Shown: positions 10,036 to 24,459 of the stretch, piece by piece
Position numbering within the stretch: position 1 is the stretch's first letter
Layout of the letters: each line of letters opens with the position of its first letter
Source of the DNA: Trueperaceae bacterium
GTDB lineage: Bacteria; Deinococcota; Deinococci; Deinococcales; Trueperaceae
DNA: 64,000 nt
Assembly: GCA_034520945.1 (NCBI GenBank)
Contig: JAXHNB010000005.1
Coordinates: 224,001-288,000 of the forward strand
Direction: 5' to 3'
The notes under the pieces: generated by a model
The model's input: the letters and a program-made list of their open reading frames with translations, nothing else
The model's database searches: none
Told to the model about the DNA's origin: nothing
Position numbers and translations under genes: made by a program

Positions 10036-10970
10036 CTACCGGGCGGCCGCCTCGCCCGCGAGGGCGCGGAGCAGCGTGGCGCGGGCGGCGTCCGCGTCGA
10101 TGCGCGTCAGGACCTCGGCGTTGGGCGTGCCGCGCAGGACGGGATCGCGCAGGTCGCACACCGTCATGCCGCGGGTGTGCTGGCCCCGCAACTCGACCGT
10201 CACCGCCGTCGCCTCGCGCTCGAACGTCGTGGGGTCGCTCAACGCCATCACCGCGCACACGTCGTGCATCGGCGCGCCTTGGCGACCGGTGCGACGCTGG
10301 TAGTTGGTATGGAAGAACGTCAGCAACTCGGCCGCGAACGCGCCCACCTCGCCGGGCATCGCCTGGAGGGCGTCGACCTCCGGCTGGCCGAGCCGGAACT
10401 GGTGCGTCAGGTCGAGCCCCGCCATCACCAGCTGGGCGCCGCTCCGGAACACGGTGTCGGCCGCTTCGGGGTCGGCCAGCACGTTGAACTCCGCCGCCGC
10501 GGTGGCGTTGCCGAAGCTGCGCGAGCCCGCCATCAGGCTGATCCCCCGCACGCGGCGGGGCAGCTCGGGGTCGAGGTGCATCGCCAGGGCGATGTTGGTG
10601 AGCGGTCCGATGCCGACCAGCCACAGATCACTGTAGCGCTGCGCCGCCCGCACGATCGCCTGCGCGGCCGGGAGGGGGTCGGCGGCACGCGTCGGCGTTC
10701 GGGGGTCGGGCCCGGCCAGGCCGCCTTCGCCGTGCACGTCGGGGGCGTGCCGGGGCGCGCCCACCAGCGGCCCGGCCGCACCGCGGTGGACCGGCACGTT
10801 CAGGCCGGCCACCTCGGTCAGGACCAGGGCATTGCGCGTGGTCGCATCGACGGGGGCGTTGCCGGACACCGTCGTGATCGCCACCACGTCGCAGCGACGC
10901 GCCGCGAACAGCAGCGCGAAGGCGTCGTCGTGGCCAGGGTCGCAGTCCAGCAGGATGCGTGGCGCGTCGC

Positions 10971-10974
<4 letters not shown>
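10036..10974 (-). CDS. Inosine-uridine nucleoside hydrolase
   Basis: GTG overlaps the gyrA stop. [22 protein letters not shown] motifs. Confidence 0.9.
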
Positions 10975-13472
<2,498 letters not shown>

Positions 13473-13644
13473 GGGTGCCTCCTCGAATCCCTGCACGCGT
13501 CGCTCGGGCGAACCTCGGCAGCCCTGCGCCCCTGCCCGGGCGCGCGATGAAAACCGTGGCACTCTACCATTCGCACCGACCCCGGGTCGCCGCGCGTCGC
13601 GTGCTGGGCGCACGGCCGCGCCGCGAGGGGTGGTAGCGTTCCCC

Positions 13645-14964
13645 ATGATCGCCCGCTACGCCACGCCCGAAATGCGCGCCTTGTGGTCCAGTGAAACGCG
13701 CTACCGCACCTGGCTCGAGGTGGAAACCGCGGCCACCGAAGCGTGGGATGCGCTGGGCGCGCTCCCTGGAGGCAGCGGCGCCCGCCTGCGCGCCGCCGTC
13801 GAGGCGGATCCGCCGGACGACGCGTTCGCGGCGCGCGTCGCCGAGCTCGAAGCACGCACCCGGCACGACGTGGTCGCCTTCACCCGCGCCGTGCACGAGC
13901 GTTACGGCGAGGCGGCGCACCACGTGCACCGCGGCCTGACGTCGACCGACGTGGTCGACACCGCCCAGAACCTGCTCTTGGTGCGGGCGTGCGACCTGAT
14001 CCTGGCCGACCTCGCCGCGCTTCGCGAGCGACTCCGGACGCTTGCCAGCCGCACTCGGGACGCCCTCTGCATCGGCCGGACCCACGGCGTGCACGCCGAA
14101 CCCACCACCTTCGGCCTCAAACTGCTGAACTTCGACGCCGCCGCGGCCCGCGACGCCCGAAGGCTCCGCACCGCCCGCGAGACGATCGGCGTGGCGATGC
14201 TGTCCGGCTCGGTCGGGACCTACGCCCACGCCCCCCCCGAGGTCGAGGAACGGGTCGCCCGGCAGCTCGGGCTGGCCGTCGACCCCATCACCAACCAGAC
14301 CGTGGCCCGCGACCGGCACGCCGAACTGCTGGCCGCCCTGGCGTTGGTGGGGACCACCCTCGAGCGCATCTCCCTGGAGATCCGGCACCTGCAGCGCACC
14401 GAGGTGCGCGAGGTGCACGAAGGGTTCGCGAAGGGGCAGACGGGGTCGTCCTCCATGCCGCACAAGAAGAACCCGATCGCGTCGGAGAACCTCACCGGCG
14501 TGGCGCGGCTGTTGCGCGCCCAGCTCGGCCCCGCCCTGGAGGACGTGGCGTTGTGGCACGAGCGCGACGTCAGCCACAGCTCCGTGGAGCGCGTGGTGCT
14601 CCCGGACGCCACCACCCTGGCCTCGTACGGGCTGCGCCGCCTGGGGGCGGTGCTGGACGACCTGGGCATCGACGAGGCGCGCATGGCCTCGAACGTCGAT
14701 GCGCTGCAGGGCCTAATCTACTCCCAACGCGTACTGCACGCCCTGGTCGACGCGGGCATGTCCCGCGAGGCGGCCTACGAGATGGTCCAACGGCACGCCC
14801 TGCGCTGCTGGGACGGCGAAGGGTCGTTCCGGAGCCTGTTGGCCAGCGATCCGCAGCTGCCCCTGGACGACGCCACCCTCGACGCCGCCTTCGATCCCAC
14901 CTGGTACCTGCGGCACGTCGACGCCGTCTTCGCCCGCTGCGGCCTGCCGCGCACCGAGGCGTGA
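13645..14964 (+). CDS. purB: Adenylosuccinate lyase
   Basis: [43 protein letters not shown]. Confidence 0.96.
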   Translation: MIARYATPEMRALWSSETRYRTWLEVETAATEAWDALGALPGGSGARLRAAVEADPPDDAFAARVAELEARTRHDVVAFTRAVHERYGEAAHHVHRGLTSTDVVDTAQNLLLVRACDLILADLAALRERLRTLASRTRDALCIGRTHGVHAEPTTFGLKLLNFDAAAARDARRLRTARETIGVAMLSGSVGTYAHAPPEVEERVARQLGLAVDPITNQTVARDRHAELLAALALVGTTLERISLEIRHLQRTEVREVHEGFAKGQTGSSSMPHKKNPIASENLTGVARLLRAQLGPALEDVALWHERDVSHSSVERVVLPDATTLASYGLRRLGAVLDDLGIDEARMASNVDALQGLIYSQRVLHALVDAGMSREAAYEMVQRHALRCWDGEGSFRSLLASDPQLPLDDATLDAAFDPTWYLRHVDAVFARCGLPRTEA

Positions 14965-15881
14965 CCCCCCCGCCCGTGAACGACGGCGCCACCGCCCCGT
15001 GGACCGACCCGCACGGCACGTTCACGGCCGACGACGGCGTGCGCCTGCACGCGGCCCGCGCCGTGCCGCCGGGTGCGCCACGCGCGCAGCTGGTGATCAC
15101 GCACGGCTTCGCCGAGCACGGCGGCCGGTACGGTGCGCTGGCGGCCGCCTGCGTGCAGCGCGGGTTCGCGGTGCACGCCCTGGACCTGCGGGGGCACGGC
15201 CGCAGTCCGGGCCGCCGGGCGCTGGTGCGGCGCGCCGAGCGGCTGGTGCGCGACGTGGACGGGCTGCTGGCGTGGGCCGCGCAGCAGGGCGCGCCCGTGC
15301 TCGCGTTCGGGCACAGCTTCGGGGCGGCGATCACCGCCCGGGTGGTGCAGCAGCGACCGGACGCGGCGGCCGCCGTGGCGTTGTCGGCGCCGTACCTGCG
15401 GACCGCCCTGCCCGAGCCGGGGTGGGTGTTGACGCTGGCGAACGTCGCCTCCCGCATCGCACCCGCGCTTCGCACCCGGCCGATCGACGCAGGCGTGGTG
15501 TCGTCCCTGCCCGCGGAGGTGCGCCGCTACCGCGAGGATCCCCGGGTGGACACCGGCGGCGTACGCCTGGCCAGCGCCCGGGAGCTGCACGCCCTCGGCG
15601 CCCGCGTTCTGCGCGACGCCCACCTCCTGAGCACGCCGACGTTGATCGTGCACGGCGACGACGATCGCCTGGCCCACCCAGGAGGGAGTCGGGCGTTGGC
15701 ACGCGACGCGGGCGAGGCCGTGACGCTCCACCGGGTCGCAGGCGGATGGCACGACCTGCTGCACGACCGGGACGCCGCGGAGACCCGCGCCGTGGTGACC
15801 GACTGGTTCGAGGCGCGCCTGCAGGCGGCCGCCGAGCCCGACGCCTCCGCCGGGCCGGCTAGGTGGGGTCCAAGCGAGTGA
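14961..15881 (+). CDS. Alpha/beta hydrolase (lysophospholipase-like)
   Basis: HGFAEH, DLRGHGRS, GHSFG nucleophile motif; GTG overlaps the purB stop. Confidence 0.85.
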   Translation: MTPPPVNDGATAPWTDPHGTFTADDGVRLHAARAVPPGAPRAQLVITHGFAEHGGRYGALAAACVQRGFAVHALDLRGHGRSPGRRALVRRAERLVRDVDGLLAWAAQQGAPVLAFGHSFGAAITARVVQQRPDAAAAVALSAPYLRTALPEPGWVLTLANVASRIAPALRTRPIDAGVVSSLPAEVRRYREDPRVDTGGVRLASARELHALGARVLRDAHLLSTPTLIVHGDDDRLAHPGGSRALARDAGEAVTLHRVAGGWHDLLHDRDAAETRAVVTDWFEARLQAAAEPDASAGPARWGPSE

Positions 15882-17007
15882 TCACGAACTTGAGGTAGCG
15901 CCCCTCCGGGAACGCCGGACGCACCGGATGATCCAACGGCTGCCCGCCACGGTGATGGATCTCGCCCGTGCGACCCGCCGCCGCCAGGCCGTCCTGGAGG
16001 GCCGCCTCGAACGCGTCTGGCGACACTTGCGCCGTGCAGGAGGCGCTGGCCAACCACCCGTTCGGGGCGACCAGCCGCGCGGCCCCCTCGTTGAGCGACC
16101 GGTACGCCGCCAACGCCCGCCCGCGCTGCCGTTTGCTCCGCGCCATCGACGGCGGGTCCAGGATCACCAGGTCGAAGGTGCGGCCCTCGCGGGCCAGGCG
16201 TGGAAGCAACGCGAACACGTCCCCCTGAAGCGTGTGGTGGGCCGTGGCCGGCAGTCCGTTCAGGGCCACGTTCCGTTCGGCGTCCCGCAGGGCGGGGGCG
16301 GCCTGATCGACGCTCCAGGCCTCCCGCGCGCCGCCCGCCAGGGCGTGCACGCTGAAGGCGCCGGTGTACGCGAACAGGTTCAACACCCGCAGTTCGCTCG
16401 ACATGTCTCGCACCGCCGCGCGGTGCTCGCGGTGATCCAGGAACAACGCCGTCTTCTGCCCCTCCCGCAGGTTGGCCAGGAAGCGCAGCCCGTTCTCCCG
16501 GACCGTCTCCTCGGGCGGCGGCGGTTCGCCCACCAGCGGCGTCACCCCGTCCCGAGCGCGGCGCACCACCCCCTTGAGCCCCACTTCGCGGGCCAGGATG
16601 CGGGCCACGCGCGGCAGGTGGGCGTCCAGCGCCGCGGTGTGCGGCTGAATGGCGGCGAAGCGGCCGTAGCGGTCCGCCACCAGGCCCGGCAGGCCGTCGC
16701 CTTCGCCGTGCAGCAACCGGTAGGCGTCGTGTCCCGCCGCGACCAACGGCGCGCGGCGCTTCACGGCACGGCGGATCGCGCGCGACCACCAGGCGTCGTC
16801 CGGCACCCCCCGCTGTGAGAACAGGCGGACGCCGATCGCGCCGCTGGCGTCGTACAGCCCGAACGCGACCGCCCGTCCCGCCTCGACGCGCACCCAGTCG
16901 CCGGTCTCCAGCTCGTGCCGCGGCAGGTGGTCGCGGTAGATCCAGGGATGCCCCGACGACACCGCGGCCTCGAGCCGATCGGGAAGCGACAGCGTGGGGA
17001 GGCTCAC
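15859..17007 (-). CDS. RlmI-like class I SAM-dependent rRNA methyltransferase
   Basis: GHPWIY, GEGDGLPGL, GQKTALFLDHR, LNLFAYTGAF, ILDPP, EGRYLK. Confidence 0.88.
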   Translation of the reverse strand: MSLPTLSLPDRLEAAVSSGHPWIYRDHLPRHELETGDWVRVEAGRAVAFGLYDASGAIGVRLFSQRGVPDDAWWSRAIRRAVKRRAPLVAAGHDAYRLLHGEGDGLPGLVADRYGRFAAIQPHTAALDAHLPRVARILAREVGLKGVVRRARDGVTPLVGEPPPPEETVRENGLRFLANLREGQKTALFLDHREHRAAVRDMSSELRVLNLFAYTGAFSVHALAGGAREAWSVDQAAPALRDAERNVALNGLPATAHHTLQGDVFALLPRLAREGRTFDLVILDPPSMARSKRQRGRALAAYRSLNEGAARLVAPNGWLASASCTAQVSPDAFEAALQDGLAAAGRTGEIHHRGGQPLDHPVRPAFPEGRYLKFVITRLDPT

Positions 17008-17786
17008 GTCGGGCGGACGGCGGGCGCGTCCGGCCGTGCCGCCAGCCCCGCCCACGCCACGGCGACGCCCAGCACCTCGTCCAACATCGCCTCGGTGAGG
17101 CGGCCGGTGTTGGTGTTCTGGAAGCTGACGTGATAGCTGTCGATCAGCACCGCCGCCTCGGGCGCAGACGCGTGGCGGTCCAGCCGGTGCACGGCGCCGT
17201 GGCCGAACGGGTGGCGGGCCTTGACGATCCGAGCGCCGCGTTCCCGGAGCAGGTCCAGGTAGGCGTCGTGCGCGATGCGGCCCAGGGCCAGCACGGCCTG
17301 CACGTGCGGCAGGCGTTCGAGGTCCAGCGTCAGCCAGCTTCGGCAGGCGACCAACTCGGCGCGGCGCGGGCGGTTGCCCGGCGGCACGCAGCGGGCGGCG
17401 GCCGTGATCCAGGTGCCCCGCAAGCCGAGCCCGTCCCCGCGGCGCACGGCGTCCGGGCGGTCGGCCAGGCCGGCCCGGTGCAGGGCGGGGAACAGCACGT
17501 CGCCCGAGGCGTCGCCGGTGAACATGCGGCCGGTGCGGTTGGAGCCGTGCGCGCCCGGCGCCAGCCCCAACAGCAGCAGCCGCGCCGCCGGGTCGCCGAA
17601 CCCCGGCACGGGCCGGCCCCAGTAGGACTGGTCGCGGTAGGCGGCGCGCTTGGTGCGCGCCACCTCCTCGCGGTGGGCGGCCAAGCGCGGGCAGCGACGG
17701 CAGGCCGCCAACTCGGCCGGGAACACCTCCGCGTCCCGGTACGCCCCGTGCCGGTCCGCGCCACGCGTCACGTCGTCATGGGTCAC
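17004..17786 (-). CDS. udgB: Uracil-DNA glycosylase family 5 (UdgB-like)
   Basis: CRRCPRL, YWGRPVPGFGD, GLAPGAHGSNRTGRMFTGD, SYHVSFQNTNTG. Confidence 0.9.
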   Translation of the reverse strand: MTHDDVTRGADRHGAYRDAEVFPAELAACRRCPRLAAHREEVARTKRAAYRDQSYWGRPVPGFGDPAARLLLLGLAPGAHGSNRTGRMFTGDASGDVLFPALHRAGLADRPDAVRRGDGLGLRGTWITAAARCVPPGNRPRRAELVACRSWLTLDLERLPHVQAVLALGRIAHDAYLDLLRERGARIVKARHPFGHGAVHRLDRHASAPEAAVLIDSYHVSFQNTNTGRLTEAMLDEVLGVAVAWAGLAARPDAPAVRPT

Positions 17787-18961
17787 GTCGCGGCGGCCCC
17801 GCGACCGTCCGCCAGGGCGCGCGCCATCCGCGCGATCGCCTCGTCGAGCAGCGCCCGCGACGTCGCCACGTTCAGGCGTGCGAAGCCGCGCCCCTCCGCC
17901 CCGTAGCTCGGCCCGTCGTTCAGGCCCAGGCGCACCCGCTCCAGCAGCAGCCCCGCCGGGTCGTCCGCCAGCGGGGTGTCACGGAAGTCCAACCAGGCCA
18001 GGTAGGTGGCGTCCGGGCGGTGCATGCGCACGCCCGGCAGTTCGGTCCGGACCGCCTCGGCCAGGCGGTCCAGGTTGCCGCGCAGGTACGCCAGCGTGTC
18101 GTCCAGCCAGGGATCGCCGTCGCGGAACGCGGCCGCAGCGGCCAGCTGCGACACGTTCGGGGCCGACATCGCGAAGCCGAACGCCGCCTGCTCGAAGCGG
18201 TCCAGCACCGAGGGGTCCTCGCAGATCGCGAACGAGCCCTTGACCCCGGCCAGGTTGAACGCCTTGGTGGGCCCGTACAGCGTCACGGTCCGGCGGGCCA
18301 GCTCCGGTCCCAGCGAGGCGAACGGCACGTGGGTCGGGCCGTGGTTGAGGTCGGCGTGCAGTTCGTCGCTGACCACGAACAGGCGGTGCGCCAGCACCCG
18401 CTCCGCCAGCGCGTCCAATTCGCCGCGGTCGAACACCCGCCCGGTCGGGTTGTGCGGATGGCACAACATCAACAGGCGCGTGGCGGGCGTGATCGCTTCC
18501 TCCAACGCCTCGGGGTCCAGCCGGAAGCCCTCTTCGTGCTCTGCCAGCGACGCCGACTGGAACGTCCGGCCCTGACGTTCGACCGCCATGCGGAACGGCG
18601 GGTACACCGGCGTGAGCGAGACGACGCCGTCGCCACGGGACGCGAAGGCCTTCGCGGCCGTGAACAGGCCGGCCACGGTGCTGGGGATGATGCGGACCGC
18701 CTCCAGCGGCACCGACCAGCCGAACCGCGTCTCCAGCCGCTCGACCACCGCCTCGCGGACCCCCGGCAGGCCGCCAGGCGGCCCGTACCCGAACAGTTCG
18801 CCCTCGGCGTACGCGCGGATCGCCGCGCGCACGGGCTCGGCCACCGGGTAGTCCATGTCGGCGACCCACATCGGCAGGACGTCGTCTGCGAACCGCCGCC
18901 ACTTGTACAGGGGGCGTTCGCGCAGGTCGGATTCGTGAAGCGCGTCGAAGCGGTGCGGCAT
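17783..18961 (-). CDS. MalY/PatB family PLP-dependent C-S lyase
   Basis: LPMWVADMDY, CHPHNPTGR, SDELH, TKAFNLAG, ATYLAWLD. Confidence 0.9.
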   Translation of the reverse strand: MPHRFDALHESDLRERPLYKWRRFADDVLPMWVADMDYPVAEPVRAAIRAYAEGELFGYGPPGGLPGVREAVVERLETRFGWSVPLEAVRIIPSTVAGLFTAAKAFASRGDGVVSLTPVYPPFRMAVERQGRTFQSASLAEHEEGFRLDPEALEEAITPATRLLMLCHPHNPTGRVFDRGELDALAERVLAHRLFVVSDELHADLNHGPTHVPFASLGPELARRTVTLYGPTKAFNLAGVKGSFAICEDPSVLDRFEQAAFGFAMSAPNVSQLAAAAAFRDGDPWLDDTLAYLRGNLDRLAEAVRTELPGVRMHRPDATYLAWLDFRDTPLADDPAGLLLERVRLGLNDGPSYGAEGRGFARLNVATSRALLDEAIARMARALADGRGAAAT

Positions 18962-19004
18962 GGCGGCGAGCATAGCAACCGTCCCTCGGCGGTAGGCTCC
19001 CGTC

Positions 19005-20021
19005 ATGGAGCTCCGCGTCGACGTGCCGCCCTGGGCGCGCTACGTCATCTCCGACCTGACCGCCATGGAGCATGCGCCGCACCCCGTCGACGCGGCGCGG
19101 GTGACGCGGTTCCGCCTCACGCTGCCGGACGCGGTGTACTTCGAGTACGCCTTCCTCGACGAGGCGGGCGACGTCCGGGCCGACCCCGCCAACCCAGGGC
19201 GCGCCGACAACCCCTGGTACGCCGAGCTCAGCGCCGCCAAGGGGCCGGACTACGCGCCGCACCCCTTGGCGGCGCCCGATCCCGAGCTCGCCCAGGGGCG
19301 GCTGCGGCGCCTCCGGCTGCCCACCGCGCACGGCGGGACCCGGCGGGCCACCCTGTACGAACCGCGCGGCGTCGACGGGCCCGCGCCGCTGCTGGTGGCG
19401 CACGACGGCACCGCCTACCTGCGGATCGCCCAGCTCCCCGCCGTGTACGAGGCGCTTCGGTCCCAGGGCCGCGTGCGGGCCGCGCGGATGGCCTTCCTCG
19501 ACCCGCACCGTCCCGAGCGTCGCCGGGCCGAGTACGGCTTCGGCGCGGACGCCGAGGCGTACCAGCAGGACTTGGAGGGCGCGTTCCTTCCGCGCCTGCG
19601 CGAGCTGGCGCACGCCGCGGGCGGCATCTACCTGCTGGGGGCGTCGCTGGGGGCGTTGGCGGCCGCGCGGTACGCCGTGGCCAGGCCGGACCGCGTGGCC
19701 GGCCTGGCGCTTCAGTCGGGCGCGTTCCTGGGCGCCCCGGAAGATCCGGACCCGCACGAGAGCGCGCGGTCGTGGTTCCGCGAGGCATTGGACCGCGACC
19801 CCGGGGCGCTGCCGTGGCGGGTCTACCAGGAGGTGGGCACGTTGGACTGGTTGGCCGAGGTCAACCGGGCGGTCGCGACGCGGCTGGCGGAGCGCGCCGA
19901 GGCGCACGCGTTCGAGACCCGCCCCGCTGGGCACAATTGGACCTTTTGGCGCGACGGTCTGGCCGAGGCGCTCGCGTTCCTGCTCCCCCCGGAGGATGTC
20001 CCGCCCGCAGAAGGACGCTGA
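19005..20021 (+). CDS. Esterase (Fes/CE1-like alpha/beta hydrolase)
   Basis: GASLG, QSGAF, GHNWTFW. Confidence 0.8.
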   Translation: MELRVDVPPWARYVISDLTAMEHAPHPVDAARVTRFRLTLPDAVYFEYAFLDEAGDVRADPANPGRADNPWYAELSAAKGPDYAPHPLAAPDPELAQGRLRRLRLPTAHGGTRRATLYEPRGVDGPAPLLVAHDGTAYLRIAQLPAVYEALRSQGRVRAARMAFLDPHRPERRRAEYGFGADAEAYQQDLEGAFLPRLRELAHAAGGIYLLGASLGALAAARYAVARPDRVAGLALQSGAFLGAPEDPDPHESARSWFREALDRDPGALPWRVYQEVGTLDWLAEVNRAVATRLAERAEAHAFETRPAGHNWTFWRDGLAEALAFLLPPEDVPPAEGR

Positions 20022-20076
20022 ATGTCCGGTGCGCCGCCGCCGCGGAGCCCGGGCCAGGGGGTAGCATGGCCTCACT

Positions 20077-21465
<1,389 letters not shown>

Positions 21466-21483
21466 CGCGGCCGGCCCGCCGCG

Positions 21484-22191
21484 TCACCGCTCGCGTTCGT
21501 CGATCACCTCGGCGTCCTCGGGAATGTAGGTGACCTCCTCGTACGTCAGGCCGACGTCGGTGCGGAGGTCTTCCGCCACCAGCTCGGCGAGGAGCGTGTC
21601 GGCCTCTCGGTACAGCCGCACACGGTAGGGGAGTCCCGTGCTCTCCGGCACCACCGCCTCCACCCACACGAGGGTGGCGTCCGCTTCGAGATTGTCCAGC
21701 CGGACCACGTCGGCTGGTCCGTGCGGCGTGTCGGTGCGGCCGGTGAGGGAGGCGTCGTAGCCGCTGAACAACTCGGCGAGGTCGAAGGTCACCTCCACCG
21801 GTTCCGCCTGGTCCGCATCGGCGCCCAGAATCCCGCCGAGCGCGTCCGGGTCGCCGGCGTCGAACAGCGTGACCTGGTGCGTGAGGAAGGTGTAGTTGTA
21901 CACCACGTCCCCGTCCAGAACGATGATGTTGTCGGCCAGGGCGTCGGGCTGGATCACGTACGCGCTGGCGGCGCGCTGGCCGGGCAGCAGCTGCATCTCG
22001 AGCTCGAGGGTGATCCGCGTCCCGTCCGGATCGATCAGGTGGCCGGTGAGGAGGAACGCCGCGTCCTGGAGGGACTCGGCCGTTTCGGCGACTCGGTCGA
22101 GGAGGGCGTCGGCCTCCTCGTCGGCGAAGGCCGTGGAGGGCACCGCCAGGAGCGCGAGGACCATCGAGGAGAGGAGCGCAAGACGTCGCAT
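21484..22191 (-). CDS. Exported LolA-like (lipoprotein carrier fold) protein
   Basis: Signal peptide; QPDALADNIIVLDGDVVYNY..THQVT. Confidence 0.6.
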   Translation of the reverse strand: MRRLALLSSMVLALLAVPSTAFADEEADALLDRVAETAESLQDAAFLLTGHLIDPDGTRITLELEMQLLPGQRAASAYVIQPDALADNIIVLDGDVVYNYTFLTHQVTLFDAGDPDALGGILGADADQAEPVEVTFDLAELFSGYDASLTGRTDTPHGPADVVRLDNLEADATLVWVEAVVPESTGLPYRVRLYREADTLLAELVAEDLRTDVGLTYEEVTYIPEDAEVIDERER

Positions 22192-22316
22192 GCCTGGGAG
22201 CGTACCCGGTGCGGTCCGCGGCGCGGGCTCAGGAGCGTGAAGGCACGTTCAGGCGAGCCACACCTGGAGGAGGGAGGGGGCCGTGATACCTTCGATGTCA
22301 CGAAAGGAGGTCGCGA

Positions 22317-23543
22317 ATGAAACGAATTCTTGCCTCTCTGACCTTCCTGATTCTGATGTCCCTGGCCGCCTCGGCCGCCGCCCAGGAGGTGCGCTTCGAC
22401 CAGCGCGCCATCGTGGTGAACCCGTCGCCGACGTTCGGCGTGACCACCTTCGTCGACAAGGACGGCGAGGTTCCCAACTACCGCATGGGCGAGCAGATCC
22501 GGATCGGCGTTCGCGTGGACCGCGACGCCTACGTCTACCTGTACAGCCTGCAACCCGACGACAGCGTCACCCAGATCCTGCCCAACCGCTTCGACGAGAA
22601 CAACTTCCTCGAGGCGGGCGAGACCCGCGTGTACCCGCCCTCGGGGGCGTCGTACACCTTCAACGTCGAGCCGCCCTCCGGCCTGTCCAAGGTCGTGGCG
22701 GTGGCCAGTACCCGCGAGCTGGACACCCGCCAGCTGGCGCGGTTCCAGTCCGGGCAGGCCTTCGCCACCAACGACCTGTCCCAGGACGGGTTCCAGCGGG
22801 CCTTCCGGATCGTGGTGCAGCCGGTCCCGCAGTCCAGCTGGGTGACCGCCACGGCGTACTACCAGGCCACGCGTGAGGGCAGCACGCCCGCCGCGGCCCG
22901 CCTGGCGATCGACTCCGACCCGCAGGGCGCCACGGTGTACCTGGATGGAAGCCGGCAGGGCACCACACCGCTCCGAATCGAATCGCGTCCGGGGCGCCGC
23001 ACCATCCGAATCGAGGCCGACGGCTACCGCACGTTCGAGTCCACGGTGCGGCTGTCGCCGGGCGACTCGCGACGGATCGACGCCCAGTTGGAGCGGGTGC
23101 GACGCACCGGCCAACTGCGCTTCGAAAGCACGCCGTCGGGCGCCGACGTGTTCGTGGACGGCAGCTACCAGGGCACCACCCCCATCGGGGCCACCACCTT
23201 CGACACCGGCAATGTCGAGGTCCGCTTCGAACGGGACGGCTACCAGGGCGTGACGCACCGCGTCACCGTCGAGCAGGGATCCACCCGCACCGTGCGCGCC
23301 GAACTGCGGCCGCTCCGCGGCACCCTGCGCGTGAGTGGCAACGTCGGGGGCGCCCAGGTGTTCCTCGACGGACGCTCCATGGGGACGCTGGCCTCTGGGA
23401 GCGGCCTCCTCGAGATGACCAACCTGGAGCCCGGCAGCTACCAGCTGACGGTGGTCGCGGCCGGCTACGACACCGTGGTGCGGATCGTCGAGATCGACCC
23501 CGGATCGACACGCAGCGTGAGCGTTCGGCAGAACCGGCGGTAA
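22317..23543 (+). CDS. Secreted DUF4384 + PEGA-repeat protein (S-layer-associated type)
   Basis: Signal peptide and AGGAGG SD. YRMGEQIRIGV..DAYVYL..QILPN. Three SxPxGAxVxxDG-type repeats. Confidence 0.85.
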   Translation: MKRILASLTFLILMSLAASAAAQEVRFDQRAIVVNPSPTFGVTTFVDKDGEVPNYRMGEQIRIGVRVDRDAYVYLYSLQPDDSVTQILPNRFDENNFLEAGETRVYPPSGASYTFNVEPPSGLSKVVAVASTRELDTRQLARFQSGQAFATNDLSQDGFQRAFRIVVQPVPQSSWVTATAYYQATREGSTPAAARLAIDSDPQGATVYLDGSRQGTTPLRIESRPGRRTIRIEADGYRTFESTVRLSPGDSRRIDAQLERVRRTGQLRFESTPSGADVFVDGSYQGTTPIGATTFDTGNVEVRFERDGYQGVTHRVTVEQGSTRTVRAELRPLRGTLRVSGNVGGAQVFLDGRSMGTLASGSGLLEMTNLEPGSYQLTVVAAGYDTVVRIVEIDPGSTRSVSVRQNRR

Positions 23544-23616
23544 CGAAGCCGAGCCGATCGAACCCGCACGTACGCGAGGGCCGTGGAGACACGGCCCTCG
23601 CGGTATGCTCGGACGC

Positions 23617-24459
23617 ATGCCCGGCGCGCGCCCTTCCTTCGACCCGCCCCCCGGATCCCGTCCGGGCGACGGCCGTGACGCGCGCGTGACCGCGATCGTG
23701 CTGGCCGGAGGGGACGAGAACGACCTGCTGGCGCGGACCGTCGGCGCTCCCGCCAAGGCGCTGGTTCCGCTCAAAGGCCGGCCGCTGGGGGCCTACGTGC
23801 TGGACGCGTTGCGGGACGCGCGCTCGGTACGCCGGGTGGTGTGGGTGGGCGCGTGCGACGCCGCCATGGCCCGGTCGGTCGACGTGGCCGTGCCCGGCGG
23901 TCCGAGGTTCGTAGATTCGCTGACGCTGGGGGTCGGGGCGGCGCTGAGCGGCGGGACGCCGGGCGAGCGGCTGCTGCTGAGCAGCGCGGACGTTCCCTGG
24001 CTGCGGGGCGCCGCCGTCGACCGGTTCGTGGAGGCGGCGGGTCGGGACCACGACCTGGTGTATCCGGTCGTCTCCCGCGCGGCCTGCGAAGCGACCTTCC
24101 CGCAGGTGCGCCGCACCTGGATCCGCTTGGCCGACGGTGAGGTCACGGGCGGGAACCTCCTCTCGGGCACGCCTGAGGCCGTGATCCGCCTGTTGCCGTG
24201 GGTCGACGCCGTCACACGCGCGCGCAAGGCGCCGTTGCGTTTGGCCGCCATGGCCGGACCGGCGGTGTTGGTGGGCCTGCTCACCGGCCGCGTCACGCTG
24301 CGGGGCCTGGAGCGACGGCTGGGGCGCCGCCTCGGGTCGTCCCTTCGGGTGATGATGAGCGACGACCCGACCCTGGGCACCGACGTGGACCGGCCCGAGC
24401 ACCTGCCCGCCACCCTCGAACTGTCCGCACCTCTCGGGGAGGAGCTTTTAGACGTATGA
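23617..24459 (+). CDS. NTP-transferase (MobA-like) domain protein
   Basis: AIVLAGG, KALVPL, SADVP, TGGN, DVDRPEH. Confidence 0.8.
   Translation: MPGARPSFDPPPGSRPGDGRDARVTAIVLAGGDENDLLARTVGAPAKALVPLKGRPLGAYVLDALRDARSVRRVVWVGACDAAMARSVDVAVPGGPRFVDSLTLGVGAALSGGTPGERLLLSSADVPWLRGAAVDRFVEAAGRDHDLVYPVVSRAACEATFPQVRRTWIRLADGEVTGGNLLSGTPEAVIRLLPWVDAVTRARKAPLRLAAMAGPAVLVGLLTGRVTLRGLERRLGRRLGSSLRVMMSDDPTLGTDVDRPEHLPATLELSAPLGEELLDV

Noticed and set aside
13473..13644. Radiation/desiccation response motif (DdrO site) upstream of gyrA
   Set aside because: No convincing 17-bp TTATG/TTCTG...CATAA/CAGAA-type palindrome is visible; there is only a TAGAGT -10 hexamer.
22283..22303. CGTGA-N11-TCACG inverted repeat upstream of the PEGA gene as a CRP-family site
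   Set aside because: The spacer does not fit the N6 CRP geometry, and the arms are too short to call.
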